From the NCBI GenBank assembly GCA_963796965.1, contig CAWCNS010000007.1, positions 768,001 to 832,000 on the forward strand: DNA of 64,000 nucleotides, written 5' to 3'. This stretch comes from Calditrichia bacterium. GTDB taxonomy: Bacteria; Calditrichota; Calditrichia; JAJRVZ01. Both the position numbers and the translations under genes were made by a program. Shown one piece after another: positions 41,743 to 54,008 of this stretch (position 1 is the stretch's first letter; each line of letters opens with the position of its first letter). A model generated the notes under the pieces. It had not been told where the DNA came from, ran no database searches, and saw nothing but the letters and a program-made list of their open reading frames with translations.

Positions 41743-44073
41743 TTAAAACTTTCCAAATTGAAAATGGACTTTCCACTGCCCTTCACGCTTCCCATATTGA
41801 TTGTAATGATCAAAGCCATAACCGAAATCAATTCCAATAATACCAATCATCGGCATAAACAAGCGAATACCAGCCCCCACGGACCTTCTGAGGTCAAAAG
41901 GATCGGTTTCACCGATCAGCTCCCATGTGTTACCCCCTTCCATAAAAAAGAGACCAAATATCGTTGGATTTGGAGCAATAGGAAATCTCAGTTCCAAACT
42001 ATTTTTAACCATTGATTTTCCACCGATGGGGTTTCCAGACCTCGTAAGTGGTCCAACCGTTCCATCATCGTAGCCGCGAAGACTTTCAGCAAATCCCAGT
42101 CCAGATCCTCCCATATAAAAATACTCTCCAAATAGCACCACTGAATTCTTGCGTATATTTTCCATGGCGCCATACATGTTGTTTGAATATAAAACAAAGC
42201 CAAGCGGTAGCGGGATAAACCATTGCAACTTAAAGATACTCTTAATATAGTTTGCATCACCACCCAAAGGACCACCAGACAACTGTATAGAGAGAGAGGT
42301 TATAGATCCGGCCGTTGGAAATTCCGGCTGGTTCCGGCTATCCCTCGAGATGATTTGTGTGACACTCATCTGTTTTACATCATTATAACCTCCACTTCTC
42401 AAATAACTACTCAGCAATTCCGGGTCGCGAATATTAGAAATGGTATTATTAGAGTATCTGACAATCCAGTCACCTCTAAAAAAGTTATCCGGCCAGTGGA
42501 ATCTTCGCCCAATATGAACAGAACCACCAATATTTTGACTATCCCAGGGATAATATCCACCACCAGTTCTTGTATTAAAAACTGAAAAACCGACGAGAGT
42601 TGGAGAATTGAATAACCAGGGTTCGGTGAAACTAATCGACATGGAACGATACACCCGTCCAAATTGCCAGTCAAAAGAAAGGCGTTGTCCATCGCCACCA
42701 CTAAATGGATGGGCTAATGAAAAATTATTAAATGCCAATCCAACACTACCAATGAGACCATCCCTTTGGCTATAACCAGCCGACATATTAGCCATATCTG
42801 TTGATTTTTCTTCAACAGCTACCTCTAAATTAACGTGTTGCTGATCATTTTCGATCAAGATTACATTCGGTAATACATTACTAAAATAATTTAGAATTGA
42901 AATATCTCTAATTGATCTTTCAAGTTTGGAACTATTAAATACATCACCGGGCTGAAGTCGGAATTCGCGACGAATAACTTTCTCATGAGTTTTTGTATTT
43001 CCAATAATATTAACTTCTTTTACCTTAACGACATGTCCTTCACTGATATTAAATGTAATATCAAGTGTATCTTCACCGACAGGAACTTCTCGTGGCGCAA
43101 CCTGTGCAAATAAATAACCCTGATTATAATACATTTTCTGCAGACGCTCAGTGATACCCTCATTATATTTCACCTGATCATAACTATCGCCCTTACGTAT
43201 ATCCAGGGCTTCTGCGAGCTCGTTATCCGTGAAGATCGAATGTCCGGAGAATCCGATATCTCCAAAATAGTATTGCGGTCCCTCATATACCCAGATATCA
43301 ATAAAAATTCTTTTTCCATCTTCACTGTAATAAACAGAATCGCGAAGAACCTCAGCATCGCGATGTCCATTCTCCTTGTAGAACATCGTAACCAATTCTT
43401 TATCCTTCTCATACAAACTTTGATTAAAATCGGCAGAACGCCACCAGGCATCTTCATTTGTTTCATCCATGGCATCTTTCAGATCATCATCGTCAAAATC
43501 ACTATTTCCATGAAAAGTGATTCTTTCTATCTGAACTTGTTCCCCCTCATGGATATCGATCAGAATATTTACAAAACCGGGACTCACAATGGCTGTATCA
43601 ACCTCAACCTTAGCTAAGAGAAATCCCTCGGTCTCATATAATTTTTTAATTGCTTTACGCATTTTAAACAGTTTGTACGTCGTTACAACCATTCCCCGAT
43701 AAACTGAAATCTGTTCATTAATATCATCGATATCTATCTCATCATTTCCTGTCACTTCTACTTTGCGAAGTCTGGGATATTCAGCAACCTTTATAATAAT
43801 ATCGATGCCCTCTGCTGTCTGGTTTGCTGCTAATATTTGGACATCAGAAAACAATTTAAGAGCATTAAGATTTTTTATAGCCTGTTGAATATCTTCGCCG
43901 CCAATCTCCTCACCAACCATTAGCCCGGAGTTTAAGCGGATCGTACTCGCTTCAGATCTTTCATTTCCCTCAACAACTATTGAAGATATTTTAATTTTTT
44001 TTACTTGTCCCTGTGATATTCCAGCAAAACCCAGCAACAGTATGAATATCAATACACGTCTAAACACTTGCAC
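41743..44073 (-). CDS. bamA: Outer membrane protein assembly factor BamA
   Basis: POTRA repeats (GN..), TEPWLF, LRGYDD, ELRFP, C-terminal FQFGKF. Confidence 0.95.
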   Translation of the reverse strand: MQVFRRVLIFILLLGFAGISQGQVKKIKISSIVVEGNERSEASTIRLNSGLMVGEEIGGEDIQQAIKNLNALKLFSDVQILAANQTAEGIDIIIKVAEYPRLRKVEVTGNDEIDIDDINEQISVYRGMVVTTYKLFKMRKAIKKLYETEGFLLAKVEVDTAIVSPGFVNILIDIHEGEQVQIERITFHGNSDFDDDDLKDAMDETNEDAWWRSADFNQSLYEKDKELVTMFYKENGHRDAEVLRDSVYYSEDGKRIFIDIWVYEGPQYYFGDIGFSGHSIFTDNELAEALDIRKGDSYDQVKYNEGITERLQKMYYNQGYLFAQVAPREVPVGEDTLDITFNISEGHVVKVKEVNIIGNTKTHEKVIRREFRLQPGDVFNSSKLERSIRDISILNYFSNVLPNVILIENDQQHVNLEVAVEEKSTDMANMSAGYSQRDGLIGSVGLAFNNFSLAHPFSGGDGQRLSFDWQFGRVYRSMSISFTEPWLFNSPTLVGFSVFNTRTGGGYYPWDSQNIGGSVHIGRRFHWPDNFFRGDWIVRYSNNTISNIRDPELLSSYLRSGGYNDVKQMSVTQIISRDSRNQPEFPTAGSITSLSIQLSGGPLGGDANYIKSIFKLQWFIPLPLGFVLYSNNMYGAMENIRKNSVVLFGEYFYMGGSGLGFAESLRGYDDGTVGPLTRSGNPIGGKSMVKNSLELRFPIAPNPTIFGLFFMEGGNTWELIGETDPFDLRRSVGAGIRLFMPMIGIIGIDFGYGFDHYNQYGKREGQWKVHFQFGKF

Positions 44074-44081
44074 CCTCCTAA

Positions 44082-47000
44082 TTAAAATGAGAACGAATAT
44101 CTAAATCGAACTCTAAAATCTTCCTGATATGATCTGTCTTCATATATGTTGTAAAATTGCAACTTTTCTCTATCATACTCAAATTCGAACAAAAGGTTCT
44201 TTAAAAATCGATATTCTAACCCAACCGAATGATTTAAATTGAAATTATTCTTGTTTTCATAGGCCGAAGCGATAAACTGACCGGTATATGTCAGGTAGAG
44301 ATCTTGTGTTAAATATTTACCTACTGTAAACTCAGAACTTTGTAATAAAAAAGCGTATGGCAGAAATGAACTGGAATAATTTTGATTATACTGACCAGCA
44401 TTTGTCCTGGATGGACTCCCGGCAGAAAGCAAATTTTCTGCAACTTTTGCATTCACCCGTACAAAATCAAATCCCAGATATCTTTCCATACCTCTTTCAA
44501 TAGGTCTTAAAAGAGGCCTGATGAGATAATTATCTGTTACTGCACCCCCTACCTGCTTTGCCTTATCCTGGACATTATCAATAGAATAACCCAAATAGGC
44601 CAGAACTTGTTCCTGGCTCTCACCGACTGTGGGATCGGCAGAGATCAGCCTAAACCTAAAGTCTTCCCAGCGCGCCCGTCGGGTTTCTGAGCCAGTAGCC
44701 TCATCGACGGCATACAGTTCAAGATAGATGGTTTTTGGTGTTGCTCCCAGAGAATCACGAACCGATGTCCAGGCCCGGCCGTAAACTTCCGGCTCTTCTT
44801 CGCCATGACTTATAAGAAATCCAAAATTCTCAACCCGAAAATTGAGATCCAGGTACTCAATCCGACCACGTGAAGAGGTTAACTTACCACCTGGGCGAAG
44901 TGTCTCGTCCTCGATAATTCCTCTAAACAACAACCCCTCACTATCAGGATCAATATTCAGTTCCGTATTCACTTCTCCAAAAAAACTAGGAACTTTTCTT
45001 GTATAATAGAGATCGGTTCCCGCAACAGCATGTATATCCCAATCGATACTTCTTAAAAATTTAATAGCATTACTTGGTTCCTCATCATCTCCCGGAGGAA
45101 ATGGAAAAGTAACCCTGGAATCTGATATTTGGACACGCCCCCAAGAATGCGGCGCACCTACAGGTCCCGCCAAGTAAAATTTACTATCCCCACTTTTTCC
45201 CGAAACCGCTAACTTCCCAGATTCACCGTCAACCATCAGACCAGGGATGTGCAGTTCAATACCTTCACTGGATGTTTCTAAGCCCAAAATTCCAAAGTTA
45301 AGGTCTATATCTTTGAAATACCATGGTGCTAATGTTTTCCCATCAGAAGTCGTGACAGATTTTTCATTGTTGATTGAGAGATGCTGGCCATCTATTTCAG
45401 CGGTAAGATTTTCAATTTTTATAAAATTTGTATTTTTTTCCAGAAATATCTTGCCATTAATATTTTCAATATGTGGCGCTACATCACCCAACCAGAGTTC
45501 TCCTCTCTCCATCTCAATATATCCTTCTTCGAATATTGGGCGTCGGGGAGTTCCTGATACACCTAGCCGGATCGTTGTGAAAGAAGCTCCATCTATAAAA
45601 AAATCATCCCAATTAGGAATAAGCCACAATAGGTCACCATCGAATTGTAATTGTAGATCGAGAGCCCCATCGTCATATAACGGAAGATTACCGGTACCTT
45701 CCATATGATATTGACCACCCTTAATCGCTACAAAATTGCTGATATTTACATGATGATTTTTATAATCAAGGAAAGGCTTTCCCGCTGACAAAGAATCTTT
45801 TAACTGAATATTTATTTTGTCAAATGGTATTTTTTCAAAGACACCATTTTGCAGTTCTATCTCGCCGCTAAATCTTGGGGAATTCAGAGAACCTTCAAAG
45901 GTGAACTCATAGGCCCCTGTCCCTGTAACAAGATTTTTCTGATCAAACAAGGTTTGCATGAGATAATCAGCCTCAATATTTTCACCATGCATTAAGGCCT
46001 GAATTGCATCTGAATTATAATCGATATTCAGTCTGCCGCCCATAAGTTTCGTGTTATTTAAAGCTACCTGTACAGTATCAAGTCTTAAAAAACTCGAATC
46101 CGCTGCGAGTTTGATGTCAAAACTGTAGTATCCCATATCATTTAAGATAAAACGATCTCCACTAATAGTTGCACTTAGTTTAGGATTATCAAGGTTGCCT
46201 GCTATATTCACATCACCGTTAATTTCACCATATCCACTTAAGGTTGTATCTGTAAACAATTTGTTTATCTCAAATTTATTAAGATCAAGTGAGACCTGAA
46301 GAGGTTCTGCCCGATCAGGGTCAATATCAACGGATCCCTTAAGTGAGTGATTTGATTGTACGGAACCTTTAAGAAAATTTGTACCTATCTCAACTTCGTA
46401 ATCTCCCTGAAATTTATTAAAGTTAATATTGCCCTTAATATGTTTACGCGCTTCAATTATATTTGAAACATTAGAAGTAATTGAAAATTCTCTCTCCGGA
46501 ATCTGACGATCTACAACTGAAATTTGCGCATTTAAGTCCTCAAATGTCCCTACCAGAATAGCTTCAACATTATATTCATTGAGTGTTTCTTCAAACATTT
46601 TACGACTACTGAGACGACCAAAGGGCAAATTTTCAATGTATCCAAAATTGATCATAGGTGTATCAAATATATCTGAGATCTGGAGTGAAACTAAAAAATC
46701 ATTCTCCTTGGTCCGAATATTTGAAAAAGTAAAGACATCTTTATCTAGATCCAGAATACCATCAACCAACAGAACAGTATCTGCTTCTCCACTCATCTGA
46801 TAGGTCCAAGATCCTTTGGCCCCCCTGGTAAGAAAATTGCCATCAATATTAACTTCTAACAATTCCTGAGAATTGGAAAGTCTGTCAAATATATAATGAT
46901 CTCCATAATGGCGAGAAGTTTGCACATTGGTACTAAATGTCCCATCTGATAGATCTATTTCACTTTTTCCTGTAATATTAAAATCATAGACTCCAAACTT

Positions 47001-48200
47001 GAATTCATTCCAATGCAACTTATTGTTCTTTAGGATGATAGAGGCCGAAACATCCTTAACTTCCTGCTCATTAAAAAGAATACTGGCAGCCTTAAGATCT
47101 GCATGTGCACTTAAATTATCAGGTGAAATCCTAAAATCACCTGATAAGCTAATATTATCATTACGAAACCCCTCCAATTTAAAATAATTGGTGAGTGTTT
47201 TAGTTTCCAACTTATCCGTTCGTATCTCACCGATTATCTCAGGATTAAATAAATCCTGAATTCTCGCTGCGATTGTAAAACTCGAATTCTCAATTTTTCC
47301 CCGTCCATCATTAAGAACAAGTTTATTATTATTGATCTGTGCATGCATATCCAGATCACTCAACACCGTACCAAATAAATTAAGTTTGGTCTGGGATAAA
47401 GAGACAAATCCATTTATGATAATGCTATCCAAATCAAGACTTGTACTCTTAATGTCCATTTTACTGTCTATTACGCCATCAATCAGACGCATGTGCTCAT
47501 TAAATGAGGCTAAAGGGGCATTCTGCAATTCATAATCCTGGAGATCCAACTGAATATAGAAAGATTCTTTTACAAGATTAACCTGACAAAACATTTCCAG
47601 ATTGGCATTGGAACCATAGAAAATATCGCCATCGGCCCTCAGGCTAATATGCTGAAAGTCCTGACTGTCAATCCAACCGTTTAAGTTATTAGCCAGGACA
47701 AGGGGATCTGTGTTTTTTCTATCCAGATAAAAACTTCCACTTTTTATATAGATGCGGTCAATGTTATCAAATTGATTAAGCAATTCCAGAATATTACTTT
47801 TTGTCTCTTCTGCCCCGGAAACCTCCAAACTATCAGATTGTACTCCCGACTTAAAAATCACCTTCGGTTCGACGAGGTAAATTTTATTTATAGCACGGTG
47901 AGGTTTGTCAAACTCGCTTAGCAAGGTAAGCAGGTTATAATCAAATTCAAGACCCTGAATTTCGAAATTTGCACCCGAACTTGCGCCACGGTATTGTATT
48001 TCACCTAGAAGAATCTTTCCAAATTGAATATCAATATTATTTACATTAAGACTGACCTCACTACCCTCAGATAATTTCATTACAACATAATCTTTCAATT
48101 TTTGGTCAAGTTCAAAAAATGAGAGGAGATAAGGAGTACCGAGAAGAATTCCAAAAAGGACAACAAATAAACATAAAATTATGTAGGCTATTTTACGCAT
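44082..48200 (-). CDS. TamB/AsmA-like large beta-rich protein
   Basis: 1372 aa, N-terminal TM anchor, repetitive beta strands, C-terminal VGKYLTQDLYLTY..GLEYRF..FRYSFSF; directly upstream of bamA. Confidence 0.75.
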   Translation of the reverse strand: MRKIAYIILCLFVVLFGILLGTPYLLSFFELDQKLKDYVVMKLSEGSEVSLNVNNIDIQFGKILLGEIQYRGASSGANFEIQGLEFDYNLLTLLSEFDKPHRAINKIYLVEPKVIFKSGVQSDSLEVSGAEETKSNILELLNQFDNIDRIYIKSGSFYLDRKNTDPLVLANNLNGWIDSQDFQHISLRADGDIFYGSNANLEMFCQVNLVKESFYIQLDLQDYELQNAPLASFNEHMRLIDGVIDSKMDIKSTSLDLDSIIINGFVSLSQTKLNLFGTVLSDLDMHAQINNNKLVLNDGRGKIENSSFTIAARIQDLFNPEIIGEIRTDKLETKTLTNYFKLEGFRNDNISLSGDFRISPDNLSAHADLKAASILFNEQEVKDVSASIILKNNKLHWNEFKFGVYDFNITGKSEIDLSDGTFSTNVQTSRHYGDHYIFDRLSNSQELLEVNIDGNFLTRGAKGSWTYQMSGEADTVLLVDGILDLDKDVFTFSNIRTKENDFLVSLQISDIFDTPMINFGYIENLPFGRLSSRKMFEETLNEYNVEAILVGTFEDLNAQISVVDRQIPEREFSITSNVSNIIEARKHIKGNINFNKFQGDYEVEIGTNFLKGSVQSNHSLKGSVDIDPDRAEPLQVSLDLNKFEINKLFTDTTLSGYGEINGDVNIAGNLDNPKLSATISGDRFILNDMGYYSFDIKLAADSSFLRLDTVQVALNNTKLMGGRLNIDYNSDAIQALMHGENIEADYLMQTLFDQKNLVTGTGAYEFTFEGSLNSPRFSGEIELQNGVFEKIPFDKINIQLKDSLSAGKPFLDYKNHHVNISNFVAIKGGQYHMEGTGNLPLYDDGALDLQLQFDGDLLWLIPNWDDFFIDGASFTTIRLGVSGTPRRPIFEEGYIEMERGELWLGDVAPHIENINGKIFLEKNTNFIKIENLTAEIDGQHLSINNEKSVTTSDGKTLAPWYFKDIDLNFGILGLETSSEGIELHIPGLMVDGESGKLAVSGKSGDSKFYLAGPVGAPHSWGRVQISDSRVTFPFPPGDDEEPSNAIKFLRSIDWDIHAVAGTDLYYTRKVPSFFGEVNTELNIDPDSEGLLFRGIIEDETLRPGGKLTSSRGRIEYLDLNFRVENFGFLISHGEEEPEVYGRAWTSVRDSLGATPKTIYLELYAVDEATGSETRRARWEDFRFRLISADPTVGESQEQVLAYLGYSIDNVQDKAKQVGGAVTDNYLIRPLLRPIERGMERYLGFDFVRVNAKVAENLLSAGSPSRTNAGQYNQNYSSSFLPYAFLLQSSEFTVGKYLTQDLYLTYTGQFIASAYENKNNFNLNHSVGLEYRFLKNLLFEFEYDREKLQFYNIYEDRSYQEDFRVRFRYSFSF

Positions 48201-48476
48201 GGCAATAGTTGATTCAACCGTTGTTTAAACCAATATCAATAATGGGTTATCTTTCTTCTGAGAACAGATCCGGAGAACAAGAATGATCCTCCACTTTTCT
48301 TTCAAAAAATAGTTTTATTCTCTATGAAGATCTGATCGAATCCCTACCTGATATAGTTAATATAAAAAGTGGACAAAATCCGACATTCTCTCAGAATGAG
48401 ATGCATATTTAAATCTATTTACACAGAAATCCGAATTTAGTTCCCACTTTAATTTTCAACAATAATTCAGCCTGTA

Positions 48477-48505
48477 AATTTAGAATAAATAATAAGAAAT
48501 GTCAA
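48477..48505 (-). promoter_or_regulatory. Putative sigma70 promoter for the tamB-bamA-lpx operon
   Basis: Minus strand TTGACA-N17-TAAATT. Confidence 0.55.
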
Positions 48506-48521
48506 ATGATCGAAGAATGAT

Positions 48522-49811
48522 TTAGATCGGAGATGTGGTATGAATTAAGTCTGAGATGGTAACGAAACGATAACCTTTATTATGTAAAAATGTAATAAGT
48601 TTTGGTAAAATTTTAAAGGGCATATCATCCCGGCGATCCGAATGAAGATGCATTAAAAGAATAGCCCCTTTTAATTGATCCCGGGACTCCATATCTATAA
48701 GATAGTTATAGATATTTTCCGCTGAACGGTATAGAGGCGAATCTTTATCACTAATCCAATCTCTTGTATCTCCTCCTCGACTCCAGCCTACATGCTTATA
48801 ACCTGCTTCTGCAGCCCAGATCAGTATCTCCTGGTTATACTCACCAAATGGTGCTCTCCAATAGGGCTTGAGATGGCTGGAATGCATTGAATAAAGCAAA
48901 CTGTCTGCTTTTTGGAGTTGTCTCCGTAAATATTTCCGATCAACATCTTCTAATGTCTGATGCCGTTCGTTAATCGCAAAAGAAGTTAAATGAGGGTGTG
49001 AATAGGTATGATTGGCTAATTCATGATGATTTTCCAGCATTTTCTGAACAATACCGGGAAAATTTTCTATAAATTTGCCGGTTAAAAAGAATGTCGTTTT
49101 TACTTCCTTCTCAGACAGGATTTTGATAATTGAATCTGCACCATTAGCCGCTGATCCGCCATCAAAGGTTAATGAAAGTATTTTTTGATTGGTCATCGCC
49201 CTGTTCAATGGAACTGCGATAGCAGATATGCGCTGTGAAGAATATTCTATGGTAATGGAATCTACCAGGGTGGTTGCGCCGTTTTCGCTGAGTCCCCAGA
49301 CCATAAAGGTATTTTTCCCCAGATTGAGAGTCTGCAAGGGGAATTTATAACCATTTTTGCCGGAAACAGCTGCAGCCAGATAAGATCCATTATTCCATAA
49401 TCCCATTAATGTATTAACCGGCGCTTCGCCATTAATTTGCATAGACTGTCTGCTACCGTTAAATAAGGTATCGGCACTATACCGAAGATTCCTGGTTTGA
49501 ATCAACGTGCTATCCACTGAAGATTTATTGGATATTATTGGCGTTTGATTGTTAGCATCTGGAATTAACAACCAGAAAAGGATGATCTGAATAAATATCA
49601 TGATCAGGAGCAGGACCGCATATTCGCGATACCTTCTCTCGCCTAGCAATTTCTCAAATAAAATATAGGTAGCAATGCAACGATAACTACAGAATAAATG
49701 ATGCAGGGTTTGTTTTTGACAGACACCACAGATATATTCTTTACATTGGAAACATCTTCTTGTACTCAAGGTTTCCGGATGATGTTTACATGGAAATTTC
49801 TGCTTTGTCAT
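48522..49811 (-). CDS. Membrane-anchored CE4/NodB polysaccharide deacetylase with N-terminal B-box-like zinc finger
   Basis: LTFDGG, TFFLTG, HELANHTYSHP, WRAPFGE, DTRDW, ILLMH; Cys/His cluster then TM at the N-terminus. Confidence 0.85.
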   Translation of the reverse strand: MTKQKFPCKHHPETLSTRRCFQCKEYICGVCQKQTLHHLFCSYRCIATYILFEKLLGERRYREYAVLLLIMIFIQIILFWLLIPDANNQTPIISNKSSVDSTLIQTRNLRYSADTLFNGSRQSMQINGEAPVNTLMGLWNNGSYLAAAVSGKNGYKFPLQTLNLGKNTFMVWGLSENGATTLVDSITIEYSSQRISAIAVPLNRAMTNQKILSLTFDGGSAANGADSIIKILSEKEVKTTFFLTGKFIENFPGIVQKMLENHHELANHTYSHPHLTSFAINERHQTLEDVDRKYLRRQLQKADSLLYSMHSSHLKPYWRAPFGEYNQEILIWAAEAGYKHVGWSRGGDTRDWISDKDSPLYRSAENIYNYLIDMESRDQLKGAILLMHLHSDRRDDMPFKILPKLITFLHNKGYRFVTISDLIHTTSPI

Positions 49812-50021
49812 TTGATTTGAGATTAAAATGTATATATTAACAGATATTTACTAACAATGCATGTAAATATTTAAGCTTATGAATGACTAATTTTTTAATG
49901 GGAGCAATTAATGTCATTAGTAATGGCCGCTCACGAGCAGCCACTACTAAATATAGGGCTAAGTAAATAAAATTTACAGATTCCGATTACCCCAATTCAT
50001 TGAAACAAGCATCATATACTC

Positions 50022-51030
50022 TCAACGCCCTTCATACTGGCTTTTATAAAACCGCTTATACTCCACCTGCTTTTCCTTAATAGCCCGCCACCAATTTTCA
50101 TTTTTCACATACCAGTTAATGGTTTCTTCCATGCCCTGTATAAAATTTGTTTTGGATTCCCAGCCTAGCATTTTCACTTTATCAATATTGACCGAGTATC
50201 TTCTATCATGCCCTGGACGGTCTTTTACATAGGTAATAAGCTCGGTTGGTTTTCCCAGGTGGTTAATTATACCATTGGTTATTGTAATGTTCTCTTCTTC
50301 ATTGCCGGCACCTATATTATAGATTTCACCAATCTCCCCTTTATGGAGTACAAGGTCGATCAGCTTCGCAGTTATCAAGAACATATAACCAATCCCGGAC
50401 ATTTTTCCCATCACCATATAAGGGAAGAGATATATCATCGATAGCATTAGTAATAAATAAGGGAATAAGTTTTTCAGGATACTGATAGGGACCATAATTA
50501 TTTGAGGATCGTGTGATCAATACAGGGGTTTGATAAGTAACAAAATAGGATCGGACCAGCATATCTGCCCCGGCCTTAGAAGCAGCATAGGGACTATTTG
50601 GCATAAGGGGATCTGATTCAGCAAATGATCCCTCATCTATCGATCCATATACTTCATCTGTAGATATTTGCAGAAATCTGCCGATGTTAAATTCCCGGAC
50701 TGCTTCCAATAGCACGAGGGTGCCTTTTATATCTGTTTCAATAAAATCTCCAGCCTGGTGAATTGACCTATCCACATGCGTTTCAGCAGCAAAATTCACA
50801 ACAGTATCCACGTCCTGCATTAATTCTCTGACTATTTTATGGTCACAGATATTTCCATGGTAAAAAGTATATCGCTCATTCTCCTTCAAATCAGTGAGAT
50901 TATCTTTATTACCGGCATAAGTAAGAGCATCAAGTACTTTAATCTGATAATCCGGGTATCGGTTCATCATATGACGTACAAAGTTGCTGCCAATAAATCC
51001 TGCACCCCCTGTGACCAGAATAGATTTCAT
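50022..51030 (-). CDS. rfbB: dTDP-glucose 4,6-dehydratase; +1 frameshift near 50361
   Basis: TGGAGFIGSN, DALTYAGN, AAETHVDRSI, STDEVYG, YAASK, NNYGPYQYPEK, DRPGHDRRY. Confidence 0.95.
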
Positions 51031-51153
51031 ATAATTATTCTCCCAGGAATAAAATTCATTTAATTAATATTTGATTTCATATGTATAAAAACTTACAATA
51101 TTTGTAAACTTTTTAATCTTTCGTGCGTTCTAAAAAGTTATAATTAAGTAAAT

Positions 51154-54008
51154 TTGACCAAAAATAACACTATAATCACATTGAATACAACTCACTATAA
51201 AATATTTTCGATCATATTACTTTTGCTCCTCACTTCTTCCCTCTTTGCCCAAGGTTTCTATTTTGGAAGAAATAAGGTTCAATATACCAGGTTCGAGTGG
51301 CAAATACTAAAAACCAAACATTTTGATATTTATTATTATCCTGAGATGCAGGATATTGCCGAGAAGGGTGCTCAGTTTGCAGAGAACGCTTACGATGCAC
51401 TTCAAACAAATTTCAACCACTCCATCACGCAGCGGATTCCCTTAATTTTCTATAGTACACACGCACATTTTCAGCAAACAAATATTACGCCTGGTTTTAT
51501 TCCTGAAGGGGTCGGCGGATTTTTTGAATTTTTAAAGGGACGGGTTGTTATCCCCAACAACGGCAGTCTTAATCAATTTCGGAAAGTGATCTGGCACGAA
51601 TTAGTTCATGTTTATATGCACAGCAAGGTCGGACGGGTTCTAAAAAACACAGGAAGGACAAATAACGCAGTCTACCCTCCGCTTTGGTATACGGAAGGTC
51701 TCGCGGAATTCTGGTCAACCAAATGGGATGGTCAGGCTGAAATGATATTAAAGGATGCTGTCTTGCATAACTATATGATTCCTGTCTCCCGAGTCTATGG
51801 AGAATTAGTGGGACCTACATGATGTATAAAGTAGGCCAGGCTGTTCTCCTCTATATTGCCGAAAAATATGGTGAAGAAAAAGTGCTGCTTTTGATGGAAA
51901 ACCTCTGGAAGTACAATAGTTTTGAAGAATGCTTTAGAGAGACAATTGGAATTACTTATACTGAGTTTGATGCCCAATGGATGTATTATTTAAAAAAACG
52001 GTTCTATCCGGTTCTCGCTGATAATGATTTTTCAGAAAAAATCAGTGAAACAATTGTAAGAGAAGGTTACAATTTCAAACCGGCCTATTATTCCGATGAG
52101 GGGCAACCTTTTACTGTATTTATGGCAAATAGAATAGGATATACCAGTGTTTACATAACGGAGATGACGCCGCTTGGTGTGGAAGAAAATGATGATTCGG
52201 ATATCCTGATCAAAGGAGAGGAAACCTCAGATTTTGAATCATTTCATTTGTTCCATTCAAAAATTGATGTTAATCAGGATGGAATTCTTGCATTCGGATC
52301 AAAAAGTGGTGAAAATGATGCCTTATACCTCTACGACCTGAAAAAAAGAAAAATTCGTGAGAAATACTATTTCGACGAATTAGTAGGTATACTTTCACCT
52401 GCCTGGTCACCCGATGGCACCAAAATTACATTTACAGGTTTGGCCTTTAATGGGTATAAAGATGTGTATATTTTTGATTTAGAAACTGAATCACTCTCTC
52501 GATTAACCAATGATGCCTATGATGACAACGATCCCTCATTTTCTCCTGATGGAAATTTTATTGTCTTTTCCTCGGATCGAACAGAATTGGGAAAACAATG
52601 GTCATACAATTTATTTTTAATGAATGTCAATGATGGTGAAATCAGCTATCTCACCTATGGTAAACAGCGCGATGCAGCTCCGGTTTTTTCACCCGACGGT
52701 AAATATATCGCCTTCACATCAGACAGGGATTTATCCTTAAATATATATCTGTTAGAATTGGGGAATCTATATCAACCTAAAAAATCATATAAAATTACTA
52801 GTTTTGCAAATGCTACCTTTGATCCGGAATGGACGCCCGAAGGGGGTTTATTATTTGGTGTTTTTGAGAAGAGCCGCTTTCAGATCAGACATCTTAATGA
52901 TGTTGAACAGTATACAGAAGAAGCACAGACATATCAGATAGCCAATATCAAAAAGAATGCAAAACCCTGGCGGTATGAAAACCTTAAAGAAGACCTAACC
53001 ATAGAGAAGTTGAAATACTCAAAAAGTTATGATCTCGATGTTGTACAATCTCAGGTTTCAAATGATCCTATATTTGGCACAATTGGAGGCGCCCAGGTCG
53101 CCTTTACCGATATACTCGGAAATGATCAGTATCATATGCTTATTTACAATAGCGCAAGGACAAGTGCTGAATTTTTAAAAAGCTTTAGTTTCGCTTTAAC
53201 AAAGGTATCTTTAGAAAAAAGAATGAATTATGCCTATGGTTTGTTCAGGTATGTGGGTAGAAATTTCAATTATGATGATTTGTTTTTTTATGAGGATCGG
53301 GCCGGTGGATTTATGGCCCTCAGTTATCCTGTGTCAAAATTCTTTCGTATTCAATACTCATCCAGTTATAGTTATTCGGACAAAGAATTTTTGGGTCAAC
53401 GTCGCCAGGCGTATCTAACCTCAAATTTTATTTCTATTGTAAAAGATAACTCTCTTTGGGTATCTTCAGGACCAATCGATGGCGAACGATATAAAGTATC
53501 AATCGGTAATACATTTGATATAAAGTACTCAAATGTAAATTACTATACCATTATGTTTGACTTTCGTAAATATTTTCGGTTGGGATTAAGGAGTGCCTAC
53601 GCCGCAAGGTTTCTCTACCTTCAGAACAGTGGAAAAGAAGCAAGAAGATTTTATTTGGGAGGTAGCTGGGATTTACGTGGATACCCCTTGTGGTCAATCC
53701 GCGGCAAACAAGTGGTTTTTACAAGTCATGAGATCCGCTTCCCCTTTATAGATCTCCTTGGTATTCGCTTTCCATTTGGTTCAATAGGGTTTCCCTCAAT
53801 CAGAGGAGCATTATTCTTTGATGCTGGTAATGCCTGGAATACACCCTGGGATTATAAGAGAAAAGGATTGTTAGGAAGTTTTGGGATGGGATTTCGGATG
53901 CGATTTATTGGCTATCTGGTTTTTCGTCTTGATATTGGCAAAACTACCAATTTTAAACAAATTAGTGATGGCGTTTTTACTCAATTTTTCTTTGGTTGGG
54001 ATTTTTAA
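51154..54008 (+). CDS. Omp85-family protein with N-terminal zincin peptidase and PD40/WD40 propeller; frameshift near 51790
   Basis: FGRNKVQY, HELVH..WYTEGLAE, PAWSPDG/PSFSPDG/PVFSPDG, LRGY, EIRFP, ALFFDAG, C-terminal GWDF. Confidence 0.85.
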
